IMG/VR virus record: IMGVR_UViG_3300032330_001040
Location: 1-64,000 of that record
DNA length: 64,000 nt
DNA from: a virus
Lineage: Duplodnaviria > Caudoviricetes
Reading direction: 5' to 3' (one strand)
How positions within the stretch are numbered: the stretch's first letter is position 1; each line of letters starts with the position of its first letter. Under the pieces are notes generated by a model. It made no database searches and was not told where the DNA came from. It was given only the letters and a program-made list of their open reading frames with translations. Positions 21,065-32,500 of the stretch are shown piece by piece. Both the position numbers and the translations under genes were made by a program.

Positions 21065-21292
21065 ATGTTAGTCAAAGTAAATAATTCCACTTTTGTAAGA
21101 GACACAAATAGTATGGCTCTTATGGATACTGATATGGCTTCTAAAAATGAATACTTATCCAAAGTTCGTATGTTACAGACACAAAAAGAAGAAATAAATA
21201 AAGTAAAATCAGAAATTGCAATCGTCAAAGATGACCTTCAAGAAATCAAACATCTATTGACACAATTAATAAGCAAAGGTTCAAATGTCTAA
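21065..21292 (+). CDS. Small conserved coiled-coil protein of T4-like phages
   Basis: ATG at 21065 ([19 protein letters not shown]...EINKVKSEI...EIKHLL); usual position after the DUF4815 gene. Confidence 0.7.
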   Translation: MLVKVNNSTFVRDTNSMALMDTDMASKNEYLSKVRMLQTQKEEINKVKSEIAIVKDDLQEIKHLLTQLISKGSNV

Positions 21293-24200
21293 CGCATATT
21301 CTTTATTAAGTACTGGTAATACTTTTGGTGATTGGATTGTTACAACTAATGCTTTAGTAAAAGAAAACAATGATTTTCATGCCAATAATTACCATAAAAA
21401 TGCAGGTACGTTATACTTAGATGATTCTTCATTAGGACTACAAGTAAATAATCAAGCAATTTTTGCTGGTTCTTTACAAGTAACCGGTACTGGTTCGTCA
21501 GCAACTATTCAAAATAATTTAACAGTACAATCAGGACAAGTATATTTTCAAAATACACAATTAACTTTAGTTGCTTCTGGTCTTATACAAGCCAATGGTC
21601 CTGGTACAGGACTTTATGTTGCTAATACTTCTAATCTTGCTGGCAGATTAAATGTTACAGGTAATACTTTTTTAGGAAACAATTTAAATGTAGTTTACAA
21701 CACAACTACAAGTAACAGTATAACATCACTTGATTCATATGTTGGTAGAACTTTAAATGTAGTTGGAAAAACTTGGACTGATGTATTACAAGCCAATACA
21801 AGTGCCAATACTGCACTATTAACTGTTACTGGTAGAGCATATGTAGATGTATTACAAGCCAATACATCAATAAACACAGCAAATTTAAATGTTACAAATA
21901 ATGTAACAACTGCTAATTTGGTTGCTACAGGTAGTGTTTATGTAACTACTAATATAAATGCAGCTAATATCGTATCAACCAATGTTACGGCTTCTGGTAA
22001 TATATTTTCATCGAATTCTTTTGTTACAAGTAATATTACCACATCAAATGTAGTAGCCACAGGTAGTGTTTATGTAACCAATAATGTTACAACATCTAAC
22101 GTGGTTGTTACAGGTAGTGTTTATGTAACTAGCAATATTAATGCAGCCAATGTTGTGTCTACAAACGTAACTGCTTCAGGTAATATATTTTCATCTAATT
22201 CTTTTGTTACAAGTAACATAACTACATCTAACGTGGTTGCTACAGGTAGTGTGTATGTAACCAATAACGTAACTACATCTAATGTAGTAGCCACAGGTAG
22301 TGTCTATGTAACTACTAATATTAATGCGGCCAATATTGTATCAACCAATGTTACCGCTTCTGGTAACATTATAAGTTCTAATGTATTTGTAACCAATAAC
22401 GTAACTACATCTAATGTAGTAGCCACAGGTAGTGTGTATGTAACCAATAATGTTACAACATCTAACGTGGTTGCTACAGGTAATGTATGGGTTAATAGTA
22501 ATGTACAGGCATCCAATGTTGTAGCTTCGAAATTATATGTTTCAGGTACAACACAGTTAGTTGGTACAGCAAATACTACTGCTGACTTAGGAGTTGGAGG
22601 TAATTTGAATGTACCTAATGCTTTATTCATGGGTAATTCAACATCATCTGCAAACATTTATAATTTAACTGTTGGTCAATCACCGGGAAATGGTGGATTA
22701 ACTGTTCAAGGTAATTTCACTATTGCACAACCAACAATCTATCAAGCACCAAGCTTTACATTGTATGGTGGCACAGCAATTACAGCAGGTAATTATGCAT
22801 ATTTTAATGTAAATAGATTGCCTGGAACTAATGCTTCAATTCGTTGGAATGAAACAAATAAAGAATGGGGCGTTGCAAACGTCATTAGTGGTTCTGTTTA
22901 TCGTATTGTAACTGATGAATATGCAAATGGTAGTTCATCATCAAGTAACTCGATGACATATGCCACTTCGTATGCCTTGGCAAATGCTAATACATTCTTA
23001 CAAAATTTAGATACTGCATCTAATACTGCCATGAAGGCATATGTAGACCAAGCTAATACAGGCATGGCATCATATGTAGTTGCTTCGAATACTGCCATGA
23101 AAGCATATGTGGACCAAGCTAATACAGGCATGGCATTATATGTAGTTGCTTCTAATACTGCTATGAAGGCATATGTAGACCAAGCTAATACTGGTTTAAA
23201 ATCATATACTGATGCTACACATTTCGCAAAATCTGGTGGAGATATTACAGGAACAACAAATGTACAAAGTACATTATTTGTAACATCAACATTGTCAGCC
23301 AATGGTGGTATAAAAATTGGCAGTACAACCATTGCAAATGCTGCTGGTTATTGGACAGGTCCTACTGCTCCTGGTTTTCAAGGTCCTCAAGGATTCCAAG
23401 GCGTACAAGGTGTTGCTGGTTTTCAAGGTCCCCAAGGATTCCAAGGTGTTCAAGGTGCTACGGGACCACAAGGTCCTCAAGGATTCCAAGGTGCTACTGG
23501 TGCTCAAGGTGCTACTGGTGCTCAAGGTCCTCAAGGATTCCAAGGTGCTACTGGTGCTCAAGGTGCTACTGGTGCTCAAGGTCCTCAAGGATTTAATGGA
23601 TTTAATGGTACACAAGGTGCTACTGGACCACAAGGCGCTACAGGAGCTCAAGGACCTACAGGAAGTCCAGGTGGTACAGGACCACAAGGTTTATCAAGTG
23701 GGTCAAGTTTAGTAGTTAGCGGTCCTTTAACTGTTGGCACACAAGGTGCTCCAAATATATCTGCATATATTCAAAATAGTGGCCAAGGGCAAATTTTAGC
23801 TAATACATATTTGACTGGTGTTGGCACCACTAGTGGTAATAATGTTGTCTGTGTCACCACAACCGGAGGCCTTGCCAAGGCAATAAGGTTTGTGGCGCAA
23901 ATAAGCCCAACTAGCTTTACTGATTGGGGTTATCTTGGTGCTGCAGGTCCAATTACTCCGAGTAGTAACTGGTCAATTCAAATGACTGCTACTGGAAAAA
24001 CTTACTACTTTACTTCAGATGGAGATTTTACAGCACCAGGTAATATCACTGCCTACTCTGATATGAGACTGAAAACTAATGTAACTACAATTTCTGGTGC
24101 TTTAGATAAAGTTTCTGCTCTTCGTGGTGTAAGTTTTGATAAAGACGGCAAACGTGGTCTTGGTGTAATTGCTCAAGAAATTCAAAAAATATTACCAGAG

Positions 24201-24323
24201 GTTGTACTTGAAAATAATGATGATGATAAAACATTATCTGTAGCTTATGGTAATATTGTTGGTGTTCTGATTGAAGCTATCAAAGAACTCAAAGTTGAGA
24301 TTGACGAATTGAAGAAAAAATAA
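21285..24323 (+). CDS. Tail fibre with beta-repeats, coiled coil, short collagen and C-terminal peptidase S74 intramolecular chaperone
   Basis: N-terminal NTFGDW motif; repeats; Gly-X-Y run; [12 protein letters not shown]...GVIAQEI...[17 protein letters not shown]. Confidence 0.85.
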   Translation: MSNAYSLLSTGNTFGDWIVTTNALVKENNDFHANNYHKNAGTLYLDDSSLGLQVNNQAIFAGSLQVTGTGSSATIQNNLTVQSGQVYFQNTQLTLVASGLIQANGPGTGLYVANTSNLAGRLNVTGNTFLGNNLNVVYNTTTSNSITSLDSYVGRTLNVVGKTWTDVLQANTSANTALLTVTGRAYVDVLQANTSINTANLNVTNNVTTANLVATGSVYVTTNINAANIVSTNVTASGNIFSSNSFVTSNITTSNVVATGSVYVTNNVTTSNVVVTGSVYVTSNINAANVVSTNVTASGNIFSSNSFVTSNITTSNVVATGSVYVTNNVTTSNVVATGSVYVTTNINAANIVSTNVTASGNIISSNVFVTNNVTTSNVVATGSVYVTNNVTTSNVVATGNVWVNSNVQASNVVASKLYVSGTTQLVGTANTTADLGVGGNLNVPNALFMGNSTSSANIYNLTVGQSPGNGGLTVQGNFTIAQPTIYQAPSFTLYGGTAITAGNYAYFNVNRLPGTNASIRWNETNKEWGVANVISGSVYRIVTDEYANGSSSSSNSMTYATSYALANANTFLQNLDTASNTAMKAYVDQANTGMASYVVASNTAMKAYVDQANTGMALYVVASNTAMKAYVDQANTGLKSYTDATHFAKSGGDITGTTNVQSTLFVTSTLSANGGIKIGSTTIANAAGYWTGPTAPGFQGPQGFQGVQGVAGFQGPQGFQGVQGATGPQGPQGFQGATGAQGATGAQGPQGFQGATGAQGATGAQGPQGFNGFNGTQGATGPQGATGAQGPTGSPGGTGPQGLSSGSSLVVSGPLTVGTQGAPNISAYIQNSGQGQILANTYLTGVGTTSGNNVVCVTTTGGLAKAIRFVAQISPTSFTDWGYLGAAGPITPSSNWSIQMTATGKTYYFTSDGDFTAPGNITAYSDMRLKTNVTTISGALDKVSALRGVSFDKDGKRGLGVIAQEIQKILPEVVLENNDDDKTLSVAYGNIVGVLIEAIKELKVEIDELKKK
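21880..22530 (+). repeat. Intragenic tandem repeats encoding [16 protein letters not shown]-type units (beta-helix shaft)
   Basis: Many near-identical DNA and protein copies. Confidence 0.85.
23015..23205 (+). repeat. Three 66-nt repeats ([22 protein letters not shown]), coiled coil
   Basis: Direct repeats visible in DNA and protein. Confidence 0.85.
23373..23696 (+). repeat. Collagen-like Gly-X-Y repeat (~36 triplets)
   Basis: [12 protein letters not shown] triplets. Confidence 0.9.
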
Positions 24324-24326
24324 TGG

Positions 24327-24334
24327 CATAAATA
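24327..24334 (+). promoter_or_regulatory. Late promoter CATAAATA
   Basis: Intergenic nATAAATA followed by a GAGGA SD. Confidence 0.7.
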
Positions 24335-24366
24335 TCCAATAGGATAATGATTTCACAGAGGAAACA

Positions 24367-24702
24367 ATGCCAGCTGCATATACCAATCTTTACATAGAAC
24401 AAGGTGCGACTTTTTCAACAAGCATCACATTAGATGATGTGTATGGTGATGCTTATAATTTGGTAGGTTATACAGCCAATAGTCAAATTCGTAAATCTCA
24501 CTATTCTTCTAATACAACAGCGATATTTCAAACATCAATTAACTCAAATACAGGTTCAATTACATTGAATTTATCGGCCGCAAACACAGCAAATATTCCA
24601 GCAGGTCGTTATGTGTATGACGCCAAAATTACTGACCGAAGTAATAATGTATTGAGAATATTAGAAGGAATTGCTGAAGTATTACCATCGGTAACAAGAT
24701 AA
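24367..24702 (+). CDS. Conserved small virion protein (Ig/BppU-like adaptor)
   Basis: NLYIEQGATF...YNLVGYTANSQIRK...GRYVYD...RILEG.AEV.P.VTR family motif of T4-like phages. Confidence 0.7.
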   Translation: MPAAYTNLYIEQGATFSTSITLDDVYGDAYNLVGYTANSQIRKSHYSSNTTAIFQTSINSNTGSITLNLSAANTANIPAGRYVYDAKITDRSNNVLRILEGIAEVLPSVTR

Positions 24703-24941
24703 TGCCAAATGTAACAATCACTCCTCCAGCCTCAATTAATGTAAGAGTTGGAACTCCAACTCCACCTACGGTTACAAGCCGTAATTTAGGCAATAGATTA
24801 CACCAAGCACCAGATTTAAACTTAAATGGTTTGGCTGATGGTTCTATTATTGCATATAGTGCTAACACAGATAATTTTTATCTAACAAATGCAGGAACTT
24901 TACCGTTTAATTTAACATCGCTTGACGCAGGGTATTTCTAA
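24702..24941 (+). CDS. Small fibre-adaptor-like protein ending LDAGYF
   Basis: TAATG-coupled to the previous gene; shared C-terminal motif. Confidence 0.65.
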   Translation: MPNVTITPPASINVRVGTPTPPTVTSRNLGNRLHQAPDLNLNGLADGSIIAYSANTDNFYLTNAGTLPFNLTSLDAGYF

Positions 24942-24942
24942 A

Positions 24943-25209
24943 TTGGCCAATACAACAATACAAATACTCCGGTCGTATGTAACTGCCGTACCAACAGATT
25001 TAAGTGATGGTGAATTAGCCTATTCTTTTGTTTCAAATACACTTTTTATTGGTAATAACAATAGTGGTGTAATTAAAATTGGCGGACAGTATTATATTAA
25101 CACTCTTGAAAATGCAACTAGGAATAATACAGCAAATACATTAGTTTTTAGAGATTCTAATGGTTCTGCGAATGTTTTTGTAGATTTAATAGATGGTGGT
25201 AGTTTTTAA
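24943..25209 (+). CDS. Small fibre module (IQILRS...GELAYS N-domain, ends IDGGSF); probable TTG start
   Basis: TTG at 24943 gives MANTTIQ, parallel to the MANTNIL and MANTTIV starts of paralogues. Confidence 0.65.
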   Translation: MANTTIQILRSYVTAVPTDLSDGELAYSFVSNTLFIGNNNSGVIKIGGQYYINTLENATRNNTANTLVFRDSNGSANVFVDLIDGGSF

Positions 25210-25215
25210 TAAATA
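25208..25215 (+). promoter_or_regulatory. Late promoter AATAAATA
   Basis: nATAAATA at gene boundary upstream of an AGGA SD. Confidence 0.6.
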
Positions 25216-25253
25216 GAATAATAAAAATAGAATAATAATAACAGGATCCAAAA

Positions 25254-27167
25254 ATGGCTAATACAAATATTTTAATTAAACGGTCAAGTGTTACTTCTTC
25301 CCCGACCAGTTTAGCTTCAGGTGAATTTGCATATTCGTACCTTTCAAACACACTTTTCTTAGGTAATACTTCTGGAACTGGCGTTGTTAATATTGGTGGT
25401 CTACTTTATACTCAAACAATTGACGCAGCAACTTCTGCTAATACAGCAAATACTTTAGTAAAACGTAGGTCTGATGGTGCTTTTTTTGGTCAATTATTTG
25501 GTACTGCTAACTTAGCTATTGCAACTGTATCAAATAATACTTTCCAGATTTCTGGTGGTGATATTACCGCTTCAGCACAATACTTTCAAGGCAATAATAA
25601 TGTCTCATTAAATGCTTCTTTAAATAGTGTTTCTGGTTTAAGTGCAGGTTATTACGGTAGTTCGACAAGTATTCCTACATTACAAATTGGTGCAAATGGT
25701 CGCATTCTTTCTGTAACAACCAATACAATTTCTTCTAGTATTACAATTTCTGGTAACACAGGTTCTAGTACATTACAAACTGGTAATGTACTTTCAATCG
25801 TAGGTAATGGAACAGGTATTGTTGCAACTGAAACAGCCAATGGTTCAGGTGGTGCCAACGTAGTCATTTCTACTGATAATACGATTGCTCGAACTAATAC
25901 AACTTCGGTTGGTCTACAAACTATTTCTACTGACTTAACAATTGCTGGTAATTTAATTGTTACAGGTACACAAACATTTGTAAGTACTGCTACTGTACAA
26001 ACTAATGATTCTCTAATTAAATTAGCTGCAAATAATAATACAGCAGATGTTGTAGATATCGGTTTCTATGGTGGTTCTAATACAGGTTCTTCTGTAGCTT
26101 ATCACGGTTTGATTCGTGAAGGTTCGGGTGGTACATCCGCTGGCAACTTCTATTTGTTTAAAAATTTAGCAACCGATCCTACAGGTAATACAGTAAACTA
26201 TGCTTCGCTATCTAAAGCATCTTTGATTGCTGATTTATCATTATCTACAGGCCTTTCATTAACTACTGGTGTAAGTGGTACATTACCTGTTGCTAATGGC
26301 GGTACAGGAACTACAACAAGTACTGGTACAGGTTCAGTTGTTTTAAGTCAGAGTCCAACATTTACTGGTACTGCAAACTTTACAAATATCAACACTGCAT
26401 CAATTTCTGTTGGTTCTACAACATTCGTTGCAAATAATTTACTTGGTTCTTTCTCTGCTAACAGTAATACTTTTGCACAATTTGTTATTCAAAATGCTAA
26501 TACAGGAACACAATCATCTGTCGATTTCGTTGTAAATAACGATAGGTCCACTAACGACACCTACTTTGGTGATTTTGGTATGAACAGTTCTGGATTCTCT
26601 GGTCCAGGTGTATTAGACTTACCAAATGCAGTTTACCTATATGCTAAAGATGCAGATTTAGTTCTTGGTACACATAGCGCTAACGCAATTCATTTTGTAG
26701 TAGCTAATGGTACTACTGATGCCATGAACATCAATTCGTCTGGTGTTGTTACTTTAGGTACTGCTCTTGCCGTTTCTTCTGGTGGTACTGGCCGTAATAC
26801 ATTTACTTCAGGACAAATGATAGTTGGTAATGGTACAGGCGCCTTACAATCATTAGCAAATTCATCATTAACAGTTACAGGAACTTCCGGTCTACAAAAT
26901 AATACAATCACTTCTGTATCTGTTGACGCTTATGGTAGAACAACTGCTTTAACATATTCCGTAATCTCTGGATTAACAGTAGGCCAAGGCGGTACTGGGG
27001 CTTCTTCATTTACAACAAACGGTATCACTTATGGTAATGGAACAGGTGCGATTGGTGTTACCGCTGCTGCAGGTACTTCTGACCAAACTTGGTCGAATCA
27101 AATTCTTACTGTAACAAATGCAGGAGTTCCTGTTTGGACAACAACAATGGATGGTGGCACGTTCTAA
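25254..27167 (+). CDS. Fibre protein (ILIKRS...GEFAYS N-domain, GGTG repeats, ends MDGGTF)
   Basis: Repeated LxVxxGGTG fibre motifs; Thr/Ser/Gly-rich. Confidence 0.75.
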   Translation: MANTNILIKRSSVTSSPTSLASGEFAYSYLSNTLFLGNTSGTGVVNIGGLLYTQTIDAATSANTANTLVKRRSDGAFFGQLFGTANLAIATVSNNTFQISGGDITASAQYFQGNNNVSLNASLNSVSGLSAGYYGSSTSIPTLQIGANGRILSVTTNTISSSITISGNTGSSTLQTGNVLSIVGNGTGIVATETANGSGGANVVISTDNTIARTNTTSVGLQTISTDLTIAGNLIVTGTQTFVSTATVQTNDSLIKLAANNNTADVVDIGFYGGSNTGSSVAYHGLIREGSGGTSAGNFYLFKNLATDPTGNTVNYASLSKASLIADLSLSTGLSLTTGVSGTLPVANGGTGTTTSTGTGSVVLSQSPTFTGTANFTNINTASISVGSTTFVANNLLGSFSANSNTFAQFVIQNANTGTQSSVDFVVNNDRSTNDTYFGDFGMNSSGFSGPGVLDLPNAVYLYAKDADLVLGTHSANAIHFVVANGTTDAMNINSSGVVTLGTALAVSSGGTGRNTFTSGQMIVGNGTGALQSLANSSLTVTGTSGLQNNTITSVSVDAYGRTTALTYSVISGLTVGQGGTGASSFTTNGITYGNGTGAIGVTAAAGTSDQTWSNQILTVTNAGVPVWTTTMDGGTF

Positions 27168-27196
27168 AATTTATTAATTTATTATAGGAGTTTGAA

Positions 27197-27802
27197 ATGA
27201 GTAATGAGAATTATGTTAATTATTATGTAGAAATTTTAACAAGTACATTAACGGACGCAATTGTAAGAAATGTTTCTTTACAGGCAAATGCAAAAGTTAC
27301 TAATGAAGTTATTGAAACACAATCTAAACAATTAGATAATTTAAATGGTATTATTGATAATTTAAATGATGAATTAGAAATAATTAAACATAATAATTCT
27401 GTTGATAATGATAATCGTATAGAAAATTTACAATCAGAATTGAAACAAAAAAATGAACATATTGATAATTTGAACAGACAAGTAAATGAATTAAATTCAA
27501 TGAGGTCTGAATATGATAATGTAAAACATCAAATTTCTCATTTAGATACTTTTAGAAATGAACTATCTAAAGAAAGAGATTTACATCAAAATACTCGCAA
27601 TGATTATGAAAGTAAATTAAAAAATTTACAAGAATCACATAGTGAAAAAATTAAAGAATTGACTGATAAAATTGACTATTTACAATTAACTCCTGCCAAA
27701 CGTAAAAAAATTGATGAAATAAAAAATACTGTTGTTATTGAAAATTTAGAAATTGTTACACCAGAAAATAATACCATAATAAAGGATGGCGGAAGTTTTT
27801 AA
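27197..27802 (+). CDS. Coiled-coil protein ending KDGGSF (fibre-associated or assembly chaperone)
   Basis: AGGAG SD; heptad-rich and charged; shared C-terminal motif. Confidence 0.65.
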   Translation: MSNENYVNYYVEILTSTLTDAIVRNVSLQANAKVTNEVIETQSKQLDNLNGIIDNLNDELEIIKHNNSVDNDNRIENLQSELKQKNEHIDNLNRQVNELNSMRSEYDNVKHQISHLDTFRNELSKERDLHQNTRNDYESKLKNLQESHSEKIKELTDKIDYLQLTPAKRKKIDEIKNTVVIENLEIVTPENNTIIKDGGSF

Positions 27803-27806
27803 TTAA

Positions 27807-28937
27807 ATGGCAAATACAACAATAGTATTAAAAAAATCTGGAGTTCCTGGCAACGTACCATCAACACTAGCCAACGGTGAACTTTCGATTAACTACGCTG
27901 ACGGTAAATTATTTTATCGTGCGGCTAATGGAACAATCTCAACAATTTCCGGTTCAGGCGGAGGCGGAAGTTCGGCAAATTCTTTTGCCACAATTAATTC
28001 AAACTCATCTTTAATATTAGCTACAAGTGCCAGCGATACACTCACTTTTATTGGTGCAAATGGTATTAGTATTACAACGAATACAACATCAAAAACAATT
28101 ACTATTGGTCAAGGTGCTACAGGTCCACAGGGTGTACAAGGTGCTACAGGTCCACAAGGTTCTCAAGGTTCAACTGGACCTCAAGGTGTACAAGGTGCCA
28201 CAGGACCTCAAGGTGTACAAGGAGCTACCGGTCCACAAGGTTCTCAAGGTTCAACTGGACCTCAAGGTGTACAAGGTGCCACAGGACCTCAAGGTGTACA
28301 AGGAGCTACCGGTCCACAAGGTGTACAAGGTTCAACTGGACCTCAAGGTTCTGTAGGTGCTCAAGGTTCTACTGGACCTCAAGGTGTACAAGGAGCTACC
28401 GGTCCACAAGGTGTACAAGGTTCAACTGGACCTCAAGGTTCTGTAGGTGCTCAAGGTTCTACTGGACCACAAGGTTTTCAAGGTTATCAAGGTAGTATAG
28501 GTCCTTATGGTCCAACAGGCCCTCAAGGTAGTACAGGACCTCAAGGTGTACAAGGTGCGGCCGGAACATCAACGAATTCATTTGCAACAGTTAATGCAAA
28601 TGGAACTCCAATTTATGCGGATACTTCAACAGATGCATTGAACATTCAAGCTGGTAATAATATTACCATATCAGCAAATAGTTCAACAAAAACCATCACA
28701 ATTAATTCTACAGGTGGTGGCGGTACAAGCCAAGGTATTGGTGGTTATAATCATTCAACATTAAATTATTTTCCGGTGTATGATTATTTAAAAAATGAAA
28801 GTTATGATGAAAATGAAGCCTATGTTGGTGAAGCAGGTCCTACAGTTGATGCTTTTGGAATTAGTTTGACTACATCTTTTGATTGTATGGATCCTATAGG
28901 CAGTACACAAATATCAGATTTAGGAACTATATCATAA
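27807..28937 (+). CDS. Collagen-containing fibre protein
   Basis: IVLKKS...GELSIN N-domain; about 51 Gly-X-Y triplets flanked by two copies of an NSFAT...KTITI domain. Confidence 0.8.
   Translation: MANTTIVLKKSGVPGNVPSTLANGELSINYADGKLFYRAANGTISTISGSGGGGSSANSFATINSNSSLILATSASDTLTFIGANGISITTNTTSKTITIGQGATGPQGVQGATGPQGSQGSTGPQGVQGATGPQGVQGATGPQGSQGSTGPQGVQGATGPQGVQGATGPQGVQGSTGPQGSVGAQGSTGPQGVQGATGPQGVQGSTGPQGSVGAQGSTGPQGFQGYQGSIGPYGPTGPQGSTGPQGVQGAAGTSTNSFATVNANGTPIYADTSTDALNIQAGNNITISANSSTKTITINSTGGGGTSQGIGGYNHSTLNYFPVYDYLKNESYDENEAYVGEAGPTVDAFGISLTTSFDCMDPIGSTQISDLGTIS
28113..28571 (+). repeat. Collagen Gly-X-Y repeat with near-identical DNA units ([15 protein letters not shown])
   Basis: Highly periodic DNA, indicating recent expansion. 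Confidence 0.9.
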
Positions 28938-28946
28938 TTAAACTAT

Positions 28947-28954
28947 GATAAATA
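28947..28954 (+). promoter_or_regulatory. Late promoter GATAAATA
   Basis: Intergenic, followed by a GGAG SD. Confidence 0.7.
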
Positions 28955-28976
28955 TATAAAATATTCGGAGCTTTAG

Positions 28977-31049
28977 ATGCCATCACAAGTACAATTTAGA
29001 AGAGGTAATACTGCACAAGTCCAAGCTTTTACAGGAGCTGTGGGTGAAATTGCAATTGATACAACAACAAAACAAATTTCTGTTCAAGACGGAGCTACTC
29101 CTGGTGGTACATATTTAGCTACACAAAGTTTTGCTCAAGCGGCATACAATACTGCCAATAGCGCAGCATCTGGTGCATATGCAACGGCAGCTTTTGATAC
29201 TGCCAATGGCGCATTTATAAAAGCAAACACAGCCAATACTACTGCTGATGCTGGATTTGCCAAAGCAAATTTAGCCAACACACTTGCTCAATCAGCATTT
29301 AATCAAGCGAATACAGCCAACGTTACCGGTCAATCTGCCTTTGATAAAGCAAATGTGGCAAATACAATTGCTCAATCATCATATAATTGGTCTAATACAA
29401 TTAATGTATTTGCTCAATCAGCATATACTATGGCAAATACGGCCAACATTACTGGCCAAGCTGCCTTTGATAAAGCAAACTTAGCCAATATTACCGCTGA
29501 TGCTGGATTTGCCAAAGTAAATACAGTTTTACTTTATGCGCAATCAGCATTTTCTTTAGCAAATACTACTTCAACAGTATCTCAATCTGCATATGATTGG
29601 TCTAATACAATTAATGTATTTGCACAGTCAGCATATAGTAAAGCCAATGTGGCCAATACTACAGCAGAAGCAGGATTTGCTAAAGCAAACGTAGCTAATA
29701 CAACAGCAGATGCTGGTTTTGCCAAAGCAAATTTAGCCAATACGTTAGCTCAAGCTGCTTTTGATAGAGCAAATACAAAATTTAATTCGTCTGGTGGTAC
29801 AATTTCTGGTGATGTTACTGTAACAGGTAATATATTACCAACATCAGCAAATACAAATACTTTAGGTTCAGCAAGTTATCCTTGGAAATCAGTTTATGTT
29901 GGACCAAATTCATTATATATTGGTGACATAAAATTAAGTAGTGTTGGTGGTGCATTACAGTTAGATAATGCAACAAATCTTGTATTAAATGGAACATCAG
30001 TACCAAATAGTTCAGATATTTCTTTAACTGCTAATGCAGCCTTTGCTAAAGCCAATATAGCTAACACTACGGCTGATGCTGCTTATGCTTGGGGTAATAC
30101 AATTAATGTGTTTACTCAATCTGCTTTTTCAAAAGCAAACGTAGCCAATACTACTGCTGATGCTGGATTTGCCAAAGCAAACTTAGCCAATACTCTTGCT
30201 CAATCAGCATATGATAGTTCAAATACAGTTTTAGTATATGCACAATCGGCATTTTCTTTAGCAAATACTACTTCAACAGTAGCTCAAGGTGCTTTTGATA
30301 GAGCGAACACAAAATTCAATTCTTCTGGTGGTACAATTTCTGGTGCAGTTACAATTTCAGGCAATAATAGTTTAACTGTTACTGGTAACTTAATCGTTCA
30401 AGGTACAACATTTAGTTCCAATACAACAACATTTGAATTGAATGACCCATTAATATTATTAGGTGTTGGTAATTACTTATCAGATACTAAAGATATTGGA
30501 TTTGCTGGTCACTATAATGATGGTACAAATGCTCACTCAGGACTTGTTCGTGATTCAAGTACAAAAGAATATTACTTCTTTAAAGGATATACTCCTGATA
30601 TTGATGCAAATAATAACGTTGATATTTCACACTATTCATTTGCTACAGCCAACGTAAACGCTAATAAAGTTACTGCTAAAGACATGGTGGCTAATACATT
30701 TACCATGTATGATAATGCTTGTACTTCAATTTCACTTACTTCAGTAGGTTCGGCTTGTACATCATTTTTAAATATGAGTTCAACTGTTGATACATGGTCT
30801 TCAATGACATATCGTACTGCAAAATACTTGTGTCAAATAACTGCAGGTTCAAGTTATCATGCAATAGAATTATTAGCAATACATGATGGTAATACAGCCA
30901 ATTTAGTTCAGTATGGTGAAATTGTAACTGCAAATTCTCTTGGTTATTTTGATGCCTATGTAATGGCAGGAACATTCACACTTACATTTACACCAACAGT
31001 CAATCAATACTCTTTTATTAAATTTACAAAAGAATTGGTTAAATCTTAA
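28977..31049 (+). CDS. Fibre protein with Mtd_N-like N-terminus, AFxKAN coiled-coil repeats and C-terminal YRTAKY domain
   Basis: QVQFRRG..AFTGAVGEIAIDT; repeats; DTWSSMTYRTAKYLCQI...ELLAIHDG...QYGEI. Confidence 0.8.
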   Translation: MPSQVQFRRGNTAQVQAFTGAVGEIAIDTTTKQISVQDGATPGGTYLATQSFAQAAYNTANSAASGAYATAAFDTANGAFIKANTANTTADAGFAKANLANTLAQSAFNQANTANVTGQSAFDKANVANTIAQSSYNWSNTINVFAQSAYTMANTANITGQAAFDKANLANITADAGFAKVNTVLLYAQSAFSLANTTSTVSQSAYDWSNTINVFAQSAYSKANVANTTAEAGFAKANVANTTADAGFAKANLANTLAQAAFDRANTKFNSSGGTISGDVTVTGNILPTSANTNTLGSASYPWKSVYVGPNSLYIGDIKLSSVGGALQLDNATNLVLNGTSVPNSSDISLTANAAFAKANIANTTADAAYAWGNTINVFTQSAFSKANVANTTADAGFAKANLANTLAQSAYDSSNTVLVYAQSAFSLANTTSTVAQGAFDRANTKFNSSGGTISGAVTISGNNSLTVTGNLIVQGTTFSSNTTTFELNDPLILLGVGNYLSDTKDIGFAGHYNDGTNAHSGLVRDSSTKEYYFFKGYTPDIDANNNVDISHYSFATANVNANKVTAKDMVANTFTMYDNACTSISLTSVGSACTSFLNMSSTVDTWSSMTYRTAKYLCQITAGSSYHAIELLAIHDGNTANLVQYGEIVTANSLGYFDAYVMAGTFTLTFTPTVNQYSFIKFTKELVKS
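29130..30345 (+). repeat. Ala/Asn-rich coiled-coil repeats (AFDKANVANTTA...) with a duplicated AFDRANTKFNSSGGTISG block
   Basis: Repeats visible in protein and DNA. Confidence 0.8.
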
Positions 31050-31072
31050 AAAAACAAAGGGGACAATGAACC

Positions 31073-32500
31073 TTGGCCACATCAAATTTATTTGTAGTTA
31101 AAAACGGTTTAGCCGTTGGTAACACAAATGTTATCAATTCTTCAGGACAATGGATAGGACCAAGTACTAATATTACTGGTCCTTCTGGTGCTCAAGGACG
31201 TAATGGTGTTCAAGGTTCTACAGGTCCAACCGGTAATACAGGTGTTTCTGGTATTCAAGGACCACAAGGACTTGCTGGAGCTCAAGGTCCACAAGGTTTT
31301 CAAGGCCCCCAAGGATTTCAAGGACCTACAGGAACTCCTGGTGTACAAGGAACTTTAGGTGCTTCAGGTGTACAAGGCGCTACTGGACCACAAGGTGTAC
31401 AAGGTGCTCAAGGACCTCAAGGCAGTACAGGTTTTCCTGGACCTTCAGGTCCATCTGGCGTTCAAGGACCACAAGGTGTATCAGGAGTGCAAGGTGCTCA
31501 AGGTACTACTGGTCCACAAGGTTCACAAGGACCAACAGGCGCTCAAGGTCCATCTGGTGTTCAAGGCCCTCAAGGTACTTCAGGCAGTGCAGGTTTTCAA
31601 GGACCACAAGGTTTAAATGGTGCTCAAGGCACTCAAGGACCACAAGGCGCTCAAGGTCCAGTAGGTAGTAATGGTCCTCAAGGTGCTCAAGGTGGGCCTG
31701 GTTTAATAGGTCCACAAGGTGCAACAGGAGTTACAGGTGTTCAAGGTCCTCAAGGTTCATCTGGAACTGTTGGTGCTACTGGAATTCCTGGTGGTACAGG
31801 TCCAACAGGTCCTCAAGGTGTTCAAGGTCCATCCGGTGTACAGGGTGCTCAAGGACCAGCAGGCGCTCAAGGTCCAGCCGGTGCTCAAGGTTCAGCAGGA
31901 AGTCCTGGCGCTCAAGGACCAGCAGGCGCCACAGGTCCTACAGGTACACCTGGTGCTCAAGGACCTACAGGTGGTTCAGGTCCAGCCGGCGCTCAAGGTC
32001 CAACAGGACCCACAGGACCAACAGGACCCACAGGTCCAACAGGTCCAACAGGACCATCAGGTTCTGGTACGACTTCATCTACTGGTTCTGTTTCCGCATT
32101 AGGAGTTAATGCTTCAGTTGGACCTACAGGTACGATTCAATGTTCGGGTGACATCGTTGCTTTCTATTCTGATGAGAGACTAAAAAAGAATATTGAAATC
32201 ATAAAAGATTGTTTATATAAAGTACAGAGTATGACAGGAATATATTACACAATTAATAAAGTGGCAGAAAAACATGGTTTTACAGATTATAGTAGACAAG
32301 TTGGTTTAATTGCACAACAAATTGAATCTTTTGCACCTGAAGTTATTAAACCAGCACCGTTTGATATAGATGAAAATGGCGATAGTAAATCTGGACAAAA
32401 TTATTTAACTGTACAATACGAAAAAATAGTTCCAATTCTCATTGAAGCAATTAAAGAACAACAAACGAGAATTAAAATATTATTGGAGGAAAGTAAATAA
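31073..32500 (+). CDS. Collagen fibre chain A (98 Gly-X-Y triplets) with S74 auto-cleaving chaperone; TTG start
   Basis: FVVKNGL anchor; collagen 31178-32059; [13 protein letters not shown]. Confidence 0.9.
   Translation: MATSNLFVVKNGLAVGNTNVINSSGQWIGPSTNITGPSGAQGRNGVQGSTGPTGNTGVSGIQGPQGLAGAQGPQGFQGPQGFQGPTGTPGVQGTLGASGVQGATGPQGVQGAQGPQGSTGFPGPSGPSGVQGPQGVSGVQGAQGTTGPQGSQGPTGAQGPSGVQGPQGTSGSAGFQGPQGLNGAQGTQGPQGAQGPVGSNGPQGAQGGPGLIGPQGATGVTGVQGPQGSSGTVGATGIPGGTGPTGPQGVQGPSGVQGAQGPAGAQGPAGAQGSAGSPGAQGPAGATGPTGTPGAQGPTGGSGPAGAQGPTGPTGPTGPTGPTGPTGPSGSGTTSSTGSVSALGVNASVGPTGTIQCSGDIVAFYSDERLKKNIEIIKDCLYKVQSMTGIYYTINKVAEKHGFTDYSRQVGLIAQQIESFAPEVIKPAPFDIDENGDSKSGQNYLTVQYEKIVPILIEAIKEQQTRIKILLEESK

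Noticed and set aside
21880-30345. Tandem repeats as a CRISPR array or non-coding satellite
   Set aside because: Units are in-frame, degenerate at third codon positions and lack unique spacers
28977-31049. Diversity-generating retroelement suggested by the Mtd_N-like domain
   Set aside because: No reverse transcriptase, no C-type-lectin variable domain and no TR/VR pair differing at adenines was seen in the window
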